The notes below the pieces were generated by a model, which saw only the letters and a list, made by a program, of their open reading frames with translations, was not told where the DNA came from and made no database searches. A stretch of 64,000 nucleotides of DNA from Methanomassiliicoccales archaeon (GTDB taxonomy: Archaea; Thermoplasmatota; Thermoplasmata; Methanomassiliicoccales; UBA472): contig JAVBWG010000008.1 of assembly GCA_036677555.1 (NCBI GenBank), positions 77,673 through 141,672 on the forward strand, written 5' to 3'. Shown here in pieces: positions 52,897 through 60,769 of the stretch; within the stretch, counting starts at the first letter, position 1; each line of letters begins with the position of its first letter. Both the position numbers and the translations under genes were made by a program.

Positions 52897-53909
52897 ATTC
52901 CGCCGTAACCGTAGACCAGCTCCCTGGCGACTATGGGAACGATCTCCCGTCCGGGGAAGTACGAGGACAGGATGTCCACTGCCGCCTGGTCCATGGGGTC
53001 CTCGAAGACCGGCAGCAGGACGACCTTGTTGCCTATGTAGAAATTGGCATAGCTGGCCGGAAGGTTCCGATCCTCCTCCTCCAAATACAGCGGCTCGGGC
53101 ATGGGAAGGCGCTGCAGTTCCAGCCCATAGCGGTCTCGGGCCCCTTCCAGCAACGACCAGTTCCTTTCCAGCACCGGGGCGTTCTCTCCCTTATCGGAAA
53201 AGGCGCAGAGTACGGAGCTGGTGGAGGAGAAACGGGCGAAGTCGTCAATATGACCATCGGTGTCGTCCCCCTCTATCCCGGAAGCGAGCCATATCACGTC
53301 CGGCGCCGCGATGTACTGTCTAAGGAACTCCCCGATCCCCTTTCGGTCCAGATGCGGATTGCGGTTCTTATTTAGAAGGCACTGCTCGGTTGTGAGCACT
53401 AGACCGTTTCCATTGACGTCGATGGAACCGCCCTCCATGACGATGCCCGGTTTGAAGTAGGGGACGCCGGAGCTCTCCACCACCTGCTGTCCGGCAATGT
53501 CATCGTACAGAAGGTCGTCATATTTCGCCCCCCAGGCATTGAAGTCCCATTTCACCGCCGCCTTCCTTCCGGTATCCTTGTGCAAAAGGAACGAAGGGCC
53601 GTAATCCCTTATCCAGACGTCCGCGCTCCTGATGCGCTGGAAACGGACACGGGACATGTCCGCACCGGCCCTGGCCACCTTGGCGAACGCACGGTCCTCC
53701 AGGGTCTGGTCGTCCACCAGTATATTCACCATCTCGCCGCCGCTCAGGGCGGCGGCCATTTGGGCGAAGACCCCCTCCACCTCTTCGATCACGTCCTCCG
53801 GGAAGGTAAGCGGGTTCTTTGGCCATGACAACCAGGTTGCGTCGTGCTTCACCCATTCCGCAGGCATATGGTATCCCTTGGACAAGGGCGTTCCGTTCTG
53901 CATGTTCAC
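52857..53909 (-). CDS. aguA: Agmatine deiminase
   Basis: MPAEW, WIRDYGP, FNAWG, EGGSIDVNG, DTDGHIDD, ASYANF and GGIHCVTQQ. Confidence 0.95.
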   Translation of the reverse strand: MNMQNGTPLSKGYHMPAEWVKHDATWLSWPKNPLTFPEDVIEEVEGVFAQMAAALSGGEMVNILVDDQTLEDRAFAKVARAGADMSRVRFQRIRSADVWIRDYGPSFLLHKDTGRKAAVKWDFNAWGAKYDDLLYDDIAGQQVVESSGVPYFKPGIVMEGGSIDVNGNGLVLTTEQCLLNKNRNPHLDRKGIGEFLRQYIAAPDVIWLASGIEGDDTDGHIDDFARFSSTSSVLCAFSDKGENAPVLERNWSLLEGARDRYGLELQRLPMPEPLYLEEEDRNLPASYANFYIGNKVVLLPVFEDPMDQAAVDILSSYFPGREIVPIVARELVYGYGGIHCVTQQEPSERG

Positions 53910-53910
53910 T

Positions 53911-54789
53911 TCACCTCCCCCCTTTCTGAACGAGGGCTCCGTAGCACTCCGGGCGGCGGTTGTGGAAGAACCTCCAGCCCTCCCTTATCCTCTCCGAGTG
54001 GTCCATATCCACTTCAGCCAGGAGCACCTCCTCCCCTCTGCCCGCTCGGGCAAGTGTCTTACCAAAGGCGTCGCAGACGAAGGAACCGCCGTAGAACTCG
54101 CTCTCCCCCTCAGTACCAACACGGTTCACCGCGCACACGGGGATGGCGTTGGCTATCGCATGACCGCGCATTACATTCTCCCAGGCCTGCTGCCAGTCCC
54201 CTTCCGCCTGGCCTATGCCGCGGACGGTGCCTATGGCGGTTGGATAGAAAATGATCTCCGCCCCCAGCAGGGCAGAGCATCGGGCGGCCTCCGGGAACCA
54301 CTGGTCATAACATATCAGAACGGACACCCTTCCCCGGGAGGTCGGGAACACCTGGAACCCGGTGTCGCCAGGAGCGAAGTAATGCTGCTCGAAGAAGCAC
54401 TCATCATGCGGGATGTGCGTCTTACGGTATTTGCCAAGCATCCTGCCGTCGTCATCGAACACCACGGCGGTGTTGAAAAGCCCCTCCTCCGCCGCCTCGT
54501 AGAGCGAACCACCGATGATGACCGCCCCGGTCCTCTTTGCCAGATCGGAGAGCGATTCAGTAACAAGTCCAGGGACGGTGCTCAGAAACCTTCCGCGCTC
54601 CCTTCTCCCTTCCGGATCCTCCTCCCTGGGGAAGTAGGGGGTGGTGAACAGCTCGGGAAGGCAGATCACGTCCGCTCCCTGCGCCGCTGCCTCCTCGGAC
54701 ATGCGGACGGCCTTCTCCAGGTTGTCCGAGACCTCGGACGACATGGCCATCTGCACCATTCCGACCTTGAGCATGCGTTCTCCGGGCAT
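53911..54789 (-). CDS. aguB: Carbon-nitrogen hydrolase, probable N-carbamoylputrescine amidase
   Basis: E-K-C triad in CLPELF, YRKTHIP and ICYDQWFPEAAR; YPTAIG; adjacent to aguA. Confidence 0.88.
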   Translation of the reverse strand: MPGERMLKVGMVQMAMSSEVSDNLEKAVRMSEEAAAQGADVICLPELFTTPYFPREEDPEGRRERGRFLSTVPGLVTESLSDLAKRTGAVIIGGSLYEAAEEGLFNTAVVFDDDGRMLGKYRKTHIPHDECFFEQHYFAPGDTGFQVFPTSRGRVSVLICYDQWFPEAARCSALLGAEIIFYPTAIGTVRGIGQAEGDWQQAWENVMRGHAIANAIPVCAVNRVGTEGESEFYGGSFVCDAFGKTLARAGRGEEVLLAEVDMDHSERIREGWRFFHNRRPECYGALVQKGGR

Positions 54790-54828
54790 GTTCTGCCGAT
54801 TAGGACCGCGATGATATAACCGTTGTCA

Positions 54829-55377
54829 TCAGCACGGGCGAAGGCGGCGTATGCGTTCCAGGGACCATTCCGCTCCCTTCCGCAGATACTCGCTCCTGTC
54901 CTGAAGCATCGCTTCCAGTAGCGGAACGGACGAGGGCGAGGTTACCCTCATCTTCTCGGCCATCCGGCCCAGTGCCCAGGCGGCCATGCCCTTGGTCTCC
55001 TTGTCCTCATCGGTCAGAAGTATGTTCAGCGCCTCGATGGACAGGGTGTCCCCGATGTTCTGTCCGGCCAGCTCTCCCAAGGCCCAGGCCGCGTTCGCCC
55101 TGACCTCCCCATCTCGGTCGGTGGTCAACACGATAAGGTTCTCAACGGAGCGCGGGTCGCCGATCTTCATCAAGGCCAGCTTTCCGATGCACCAGGAAGT
55201 GTCCCTCCTCACCTGGTCGTCCTCCGCCTCGGTCAGCGGTATCAGCGCCTGCAGAAGGCGCCGGTCCGCCCAGCCAGCCATGAGAAGCTCGCGGCTGTCC
55301 TCCAGGGCAGCCCGGCACTCCTCGACGTCCAGGGACCTAAGTCCCTTGAGCATTCCCGCCAGATCGATGTCCACCAA
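54829..55377 (-). CDS. HEAT/PBS-lyase-like repeat protein
   Basis: Repeats VRRDTSWCIGKL, VRANAAWALGEL, KGMAAWALGRM and RKGAEWSLERI. Confidence 0.8.
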   Translation of the reverse strand: MVDIDLAGMLKGLRSLDVEECRAALEDSRELLMAGWADRRLLQALIPLTEAEDDQVRRDTSWCIGKLALMKIGDPRSVENLIVLTTDRDGEVRANAAWALGELAGQNIGDTLSIEALNILLTDEDKETKGMAAWALGRMAEKMRVTSPSSVPLLEAMLQDRSEYLRKGAEWSLERIRRLRPC

Positions 55378-55401
55378 TTTCCCCCATCTCCCGACGCCCG
55401 G

Positions 55402-55587
55402 TCAGCTCTTGGTGACCGGCCTAAGCTTATAGAACTCGCAGATACAGTAATCTTCCTGACCTCGGCATTCGCCGTAGATATCCTTCATGCCCAGGGCGTC
55501 AAGGCGGTAGCGCCTCGCCTTGCAATTGGCGCATCTGTTGTCCGATGAGTGCCACAGACATGGTCCCTTAACAGCTTCTTCGGCCAT
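55402..55587 (-). CDS. Small Cys-rich hypothetical protein (61 aa)
   Basis: Six Cys (C, CxxC, C, CxC); co-oriented upstream of the HEAT gene with an AT-rich promoter region upstream. Confidence 0.55.
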   Translation of the reverse strand: MAEEAVKGPCLWHSSDNRCANCKARRYRLDALGMKDIYGECRGQEDYCICEFYKLRPVTKS

Positions 55588-55677
55588 GTTACCTAGACAT
55601 AATATTCATTCGTATATTTACGAATAATCTATTTTCATTTTTTTTAAACTATGACGTCGATTCGCTCCCTCCGGTCA

Positions 55678-56334
55678 TCACCAGAATCCGTATATCGGTC
55701 CGGTGAAGAAAAAGGTGACGATCCCCACGGTGTTGCTGAACCCATGGGCCAGTACCGCCGCCCACAGATTGTCATCATACTTGAGCTTGATGGCACTGAA
55801 CACCACCGCGTCCATGATGGTGATGATCACTCCGATTATCCCCTGCTCCAAATGGGCGATTCCGAACAGCAGGGAGGTCAGTATCACCGCCACAACTATC
55901 CCGTTCCGGCCGTCTCCCAGGATGTCCCGGACCCTTCTCTGCAGGTAACCGCGATAGACGATCTCCTCTCCGAAGGCGGCCAGAGTCCAGGTGGCGATGA
56001 GCAGGAAGGCCAGGTTCGCCAGGTCTCCCTGGAGGTTCTCGAAGGAGCTGAGGTCCTGCGTCGTTCCCGTCAGGTGGTTCAGGATAGGCATGGAGACGGA
56101 AAGATGGAAAAGGCTCCAGACGATCATCAGGATCAGCACTACCGCGGCCATCAGCAGCGGGCGCTCCGCCCTCTTGAAACCGAGCACGGAAAGCTTCTCC
56201 TTACGGACGATAAGCGACAATGCGCACAAGCCAAGAACGATCAGGGTCGGTATGAGGAGGTCAAGATAGATGACCACCGCGGCTACGATCAGTTCCAACA
56301 GTGAGATCGCTTTCCACAAACCATCCCGGTCCAT
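55678..56334 (-). CDS. CPBP (CAAX/Abi-type) intramembrane metalloprotease
   Basis: GEEIVYRGYL, LFGIAH and AHGFSN; multiple TM segments. Confidence 0.9.
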   Translation of the reverse strand: MDRDGLWKAISLLELIVAAVVIYLDLLIPTLIVLGLCALSLIVRKEKLSVLGFKRAERPLLMAAVVLILMIVWSLFHLSVSMPILNHLTGTTQDLSSFENLQGDLANLAFLLIATWTLAAFGEEIVYRGYLQRRVRDILGDGRNGIVVAVILTSLLFGIAHLEQGIIGVIITIMDAVVFSAIKLKYDDNLWAAVLAHGFSNTVGIVTFFFTGPIYGFW

Positions 56335-56433
56335 GGGAGAACAGTAGTTAAAAATATTGATAATTATAATTAACTATCCTACATATAAATAATTACCAAC
56401 CAAACGGTCATTAGGTCGGTTCGAGGAAAATCT

Positions 56434-56495
56434 TGGTGGGCCCAGCTGTGACCAAGCATTGATCAGGCCAAGCGCTGAATATTGGGATTCAATTC
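56434..56495. repeat. Copy 1 of a tRNA-3'-end-like direct repeat with homologous arm (att-like)
   Basis: TGGTGGGCCCAGC is identical to 60194-60206; its reverse complement is GCTGGGCCCACCA. Ungapped similarity continues for 62 bp. Confidence 0.7.
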
Positions 56496-56800
56496 TGCTA
56501 ATAAAATTATTGGGACAGTTCTATAAAATCCTTTATCCCATTTTTTTATTATCTCTAAAAAATGCCTTTATAAAATCAATACATGCTTTTCAGAAATGAG
56601 CAATAAAGAATCGGTTGTATGGCGAGGAATTCTGATCTAGGGGGATATGATCTAAAGGTCTTGATTCCCAGGGATTGGACGGGCCATGCCATATGACGGA
56701 CATCATGAATTAACAGGGGTCTGTAATGGTTCGCCAATTCGGATAAATGCCTCAATCAATGGTCAATGTTGAACCGTTGCGATTTCCGATATGATGGTGA

Positions 56801-57466
56801 TCACTCTAAACCTTGGGAGTACCCCGTCATTATCTCCTTGAGTAACCGCCCCTCAGCCTTCCTCAGGTGCTGCAGGAGCGTAGGTTTGCTGATTCTGACC
56901 TTCTGGCACAGCTGCTTGCTGCCGATCTTTTTGGGAAAATCATAGTAACCGTTCTGAAAAGCTGCCACCATCACCTCCCTCTGTTTGTCGGTCAGGACAG
57001 CGAGGATGTCAGCCTTCTGATAGGCCGCTCTCCGGAAGGACATCTTCCGAATGATGCCGACGTTCCTCATCATTTCAACAAAATCCGACAAACTCTTTTG
57101 CTCCCCCATCATGCTGATGGTGAATTGCTCCAGTGAAATGATCGTGGGTATTGTGTGTATCAGACCTAGGTCGGATTCCTGGAACTGCTCTTTGGCCTCT
57201 TCCAGTTCCGTATATCTGATGAGGCAGGTATGTTTGTTATCAATGGACTTAAGAACGCTTAAAATTTCCAAGTTTCCTAAGGTTTTTAGGTCGTGGATCG
57301 ACACCTTCTCCTTAAGGTTGAACTCCATGATCTCAATGCATATTCCTTCACGGTAGTCCATCTTCAGGGTCTCGAGTATCGAATAGGAACGGACACGGTC
57401 GAAGATCTCGGCCATCTCCTTTTTCACGGTCTCGAAGGGCTCGATCTCCAGGGTGAGCGTTCTCAT
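56801..57466 (-). CDS. HTH-10 (Bat-type C-terminal HTH) transcriptional regulator
   Basis: C-terminal LTDKQREVMVAAFQNGYYDFPKKI...ISKPTLLQHLRKAEGRL. ATG 57466 preferred. Confidence 0.88.
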   Translation of the reverse strand: MRTLTLEIEPFETVKKEMAEIFDRVRSYSILETLKMDYREGICIEIMEFNLKEKVSIHDLKTLGNLEILSVLKSIDNKHTCLIRYTELEEAKEQFQESDLGLIHTIPTIISLEQFTISMMGEQKSLSDFVEMMRNVGIIRKMSFRRAAYQKADILAVLTDKQREVMVAAFQNGYYDFPKKIGSKQLCQKVRISKPTLLQHLRKAEGRLLKEIMTGYSQGLE

Positions 57467-57580
57467 GGTATCATATCTCAAAATATCCACTTCGATATAT
57501 AAACTATAATACATGTATGTCCTAATTATCTCGTACTCTCCCGGCGATATCATATTTGGCGAAGATCGCCAGATGATACA

Positions 57581-58078
57581 ATGGTCGAACAAGCTCAAAT
57601 GAATGGATCGGGAATGGGCAAGAATGAGAAGATAAGGGAACGTTACGGGAAGGCTGGGCTGGTCCTGGAGGAGTTGAGGATGCCGACGCAGCTCAAGTTG
57701 GCCGGACTGTGGGCGACCGTGATGTTCATGTACATCTACGTGGACATCATCGGATTCTTCTCACCAGGGGTGATAGAGGATATTCTGGTGGGAAAGGTGT
57801 ATGTCTTTGATATCACCCAGACATGGATGTTATTGAGCGTAATGTTGATGACCATCCCCAGTCTCATGGTTTTCCTGTCCCTGGTATTGCCGGCCAAAGC
57901 GAATCGGTATGCAAACATCGGTCTGGGTGCAATCTACATATTTATCGCGATGGGGACCGCTGCGGGAGAGATTAATGCCTATTACATTTTCGGTTCCGCC
58001 GTGGAAGTCGTCCTCCTCATCATGATCGTATGGATAGCATGGAAGTGGCCAAGGGTCCCCAGGCACAACGATGATTAG
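57581..58078 (+). CDS. Small four-TM membrane protein (DUF6326-like)
   Basis: KLAGLWATVMFMYIYVDI, IPSLMVFLSLVL..KANR and IVWIAWKWP. Confidence 0.7.
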   Translation: MVEQAQMNGSGMGKNEKIRERYGKAGLVLEELRMPTQLKLAGLWATVMFMYIYVDIIGFFSPGVIEDILVGKVYVFDITQTWMLLSVMLMTIPSLMVFLSLVLPAKANRYANIGLGAIYIFIAMGTAAGEINAYYIFGSAVEVVLLIMIVWIAWKWPRVPRHNDD

Positions 58079-58121
58079 AGCTGATATGGGGCGAAGCTGA
58101 ATGTGAGTTGTTGGTGATGTA

Positions 58122-59042
58122 ATGAAAGCGATAGTGATCACCGGAAGCGGGCCGCCCGAGGTCTTGGAGCTTCGAGACTTGGAAAAGCCCGTGCCCCGCG
58201 ACAACGAGATGCTGGTCAAGGTCCTTGCTTCGACGGTGACTAGAGGGGACACCATCCTTCGGAAGATGCCCCGATTCATCATGGGTCCGATGGTGAGCCT
58301 GATGGGCTTCAGAATGAAGAAGATCGCAGGTCATGAACTCGCTGGCGTTGTCGAGGGGGTCGGAAAAGAAATCAGATCGTTCAGGGAAGGCGATCATGTC
58401 TTTGGAACGACAACCGGACTCAGATGCGGCGCCAATGCAGAATATGTCTGCATCCCGGAGAAAGGAGGCAGGGGGATGGTGGCCATCAAACCATCCAACT
58501 TGTCATTCGTAGAGGCCGCCGCCATCCCCATAGGCGGGATGACCGCCCTCCAGTTGCTCAAGATGGCAAATATCAGGGAGGGTGACAAGGTCCTCATCTA
58601 CGGAGCATCCGGTTCCGTTGGCACCTATGCCGTTCAGCTGGCCAAGTTCTATGGGGCCCACGTGACTGGGGTCTGCAGCGGTGGGAATCTCGAGCTGGTG
58701 AGGTCGATCGGCGCAGATGAGGTGATAGATTACACCAAAGATGATTTTAGAGAGAATGGTAAAACCTATGATGTCATCTTCGACACCGTACGGAAGCTTA
58801 GGAGATCTGGGTGTAAAAGGTCCCTGGGCGAAAAGGGAATCTTCATATCGACATGGTCTCCCACGAACGAGTCGAATGAGGACCTCTTCCACCTGAAAGA
58901 TCTCGTGGAGACAGGAAAGCTACGCCCGATCATCGATAGGACGTATCCTTTGGAGGAGATCGTGGAGGCCCACAGGTATGTCGACAAGGGGCACAAGAGG
59001 GGCAATGTGGTTATTATCGTGGTAGGTGATGATAGTGCCTGA
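58122..59042 (+). CDS. NAD(P)-dependent MDR-family oxidoreductase (zinc-independent type)
   Basis: MKAIV..GPPEVL, GHELAGVV, VLIYGASGSVG, IDYT and PIIDRTYPL. Confidence 0.9.
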   Translation: MKAIVITGSGPPEVLELRDLEKPVPRDNEMLVKVLASTVTRGDTILRKMPRFIMGPMVSLMGFRMKKIAGHELAGVVEGVGKEIRSFREGDHVFGTTTGLRCGANAEYVCIPEKGGRGMVAIKPSNLSFVEAAAIPIGGMTALQLLKMANIREGDKVLIYGASGSVGTYAVQLAKFYGAHVTGVCSGGNLELVRSIGADEVIDYTKDDFRENGKTYDVIFDTVRKLRRSGCKRSLGEKGIFISTWSPTNESNEDLFHLKDLVETGKLRPIIDRTYPLEEIVEAHRYVDKGHKRGNVVIIVVGDDSA

Positions 59043-59056
59043 GACGCCAACGCACC

Positions 59057-60040
59057 ATGAAAGCCATAGTATGCGACAGATACGGTCCTCCAGGCATCCT
59101 TCGGCTCGAGGAAGTGGAGAGACCGGTCCCCCGGGATCGCCAGGTACTCGTGAAGGTCCAAGCATCTTCACTTAACGCGGCCGATCTCGAGCTTCTTGGC
59201 GGTTCGCTCTTTGCTCGATTCAGCGGCCCCTTCAGGCCGCGGAACAGGATTCCTGGGTCGGACGTCGCGGGTCGCGTCGTAGCGGTCGGGAAGGACATCG
59301 AACGGTTGAAAATCGGTGATGCGGTCTTCGGGGACCTGTTCATGTGCGACCTTGGCGCTTTTTCTGAATATGTGGCAGCGCCTGAAAATGCATTGATGCT
59401 GAAACCCGACAGTGTATCCTTTGAGGATGCCGCGACCCTTCCCCAGGCAGCCAAGATCGCCCTTCAGGGCGTTCGCGGGAGGCGTCCCCTGAAGAAAGGG
59501 CAGAAGGTTATGATAAATGGCGCTGGCGGCGGCATGGGCACGTTCGCTGTGCAGATCTCTAAATATTACGGGGCAGAGGTAACCGCTGTTGATTGCGGGG
59601 AGAAGCTCGAGATGCTTCGCGCCATCGGAGCCGACCACGTCATCGATTACGCCCGGGAGGATTGCACAAGAGGCGGGGAGGGCTACGACCTCATCCTGGA
59701 TACGGTCGCCCATCGGTCGATCTTCGATTACAGGCGCGTCATGGCCCCCGATGGCCTTTACGTGCTGTTGGGAGGCTCGAGGTACGCCATATTCCAGGCG
59801 ATCGTCCTGGGGCCTTTGATCTCCATCGTCAGCAAGAAGAAGATGGGCGTAAACCCGGGAAAAGTGAACTCTGAGGAGGACCTGCGGTTCCTGCTTGAAC
59901 TTATTGAAAAAGGGAAGCTCTTACCGGTCATAGATAGGCGAATCCCACTCGGCGATGTTCCGGAGGCTCTCTGGGACCTTTCAAAAGGGCTCGTTAATGG
60001 GAAAGTAGTAGTAACGGTCGAAAATGATGACAATATCTGA
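59057..60040 (+). CDS. NAD(P)-dependent MDR-family oxidoreductase, second paralog
   Basis: MKAIVCDRYGPP, PGSDVAGRV, INGAGGGMG, IDYA and PVIDR. Confidence 0.9.
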   Translation: MKAIVCDRYGPPGILRLEEVERPVPRDRQVLVKVQASSLNAADLELLGGSLFARFSGPFRPRNRIPGSDVAGRVVAVGKDIERLKIGDAVFGDLFMCDLGAFSEYVAAPENALMLKPDSVSFEDAATLPQAAKIALQGVRGRRPLKKGQKVMINGAGGGMGTFAVQISKYYGAEVTAVDCGEKLEMLRAIGADHVIDYAREDCTRGGEGYDLILDTVAHRSIFDYRRVMAPDGLYVLLGGSRYAIFQAIVLGPLISIVSKKKMGVNPGKVNSEEDLRFLLELIEKGKLLPVIDRRIPLGDVPEALWDLSKGLVNGKVVVTVENDDNI

Positions 60041-60193
60041 CAAGGACAAAATGCTGGACGTAATCCTATTTACATTTGAAAAAGGGAAAGAAGCACAGCC
60101 TTGTTCCGCCTCGTCCGGACCGCAGAAGAGTGAGCGATGCGAACTTTTCCTCGATAGGGGCGACCCCTCCAATTAACCGATTGAGATAATTAA

Positions 60194-60255
60194 TGGTGGG
60201 CCCAGCCGGGACCACTCACTGCTTGAGCCAGATGATTAAAATGGTGTTTCAATTC
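60194..60255. repeat. Copy 2 of the tRNA-3'-end-like direct repeat (att-like)
   Basis: Reverse complement reads CCGGC TGGGCCC A CCA, i.e. T-stem 3' strand, acceptor 3' strand, discriminator and CCA. Confidence 0.72.
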
Positions 60256-60303
60256 ACTTGTCAAGACGTAGAGCCAGTTCGATAAACCTTTTTCACCTTT
60301 TTA

Positions 60304-60675
60304 TTAGATCTTTATTGGACACCAGGGCTCTTCCCTCGCTCCCCTTTGAGAGACCCATCTAAGCAACGGGATCAAATGACCTCTAAGTTCAATACCGTCT
60401 TTTGTCAAGGAATAACGTACTGATGGTGGAGACGTCCCAAGCACCTGTTTATTCACCAGATCCAGCTCCTCCAGTTTTTTCAAAGTTTCCGACAATGTTT
60501 TTGGACTTATTCCGTCGAGTTCTTTTTTCAGTTCATTGAAACCTTTCTCGCCCTCGTTTCCCAATATGGCAATGATTAGGAGAGACCATTTCTTTCCAAT
60601 CGCATCTAATAGGCCATAGAGAGGACAAAAGCAAACACGGTTTTGGTCGCAGGCCGATTCCTTCAGGGATACCAC
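60304..60675 (-). CDS. HxlR/DUF24 family winged-helix regulator
   Basis: From GTG 60675: CFCPLYGLLDAIGKKWSLLII...FNELKKELDGISPKTLSETLKKLE...PPSVRYSLTKDG. Confidence 0.9.
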   Translation of the reverse strand: MVSLKESACDQNRVCFCPLYGLLDAIGKKWSLLIIAILGNEGEKGFNELKKELDGISPKTLSETLKKLEELDLVNKQVLGTSPPSVRYSLTKDGIELRGHLIPLLRWVSQRGAREEPWCPIKI

Positions 60676-60686
60676 ATATATTCGGA

Positions 60687-60722
60687 GTAACTTGAGGATA
60701 CATATAGGTTCCTTTTCTATAC
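60687..60722. promoter_or_regulatory. Candidate tandem operator in the HxlR/ATPase divergent promoter
   Basis: GTAAC-N5-GATAC (60687-60701) and GTTCC-N5-TATAC (60708-60722), imperfect inverted repeats 21 bp apart. Confidence 0.4.
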
Positions 60723-60769
60723 CTGGTTCAAAAAATGAAGTGTCAATATCATCTGGGTCAGGTAGGAAT

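Noticed and set aside
56345-56376. TAGTTAA-N18-TTAACTA inverted repeat as a dif/Xer site
   Set aside because: The geometry does not fit 11-6-11 dif sites; more likely promoter or operator sequence of the CPBP gene, or chance in AT-rich DNA.
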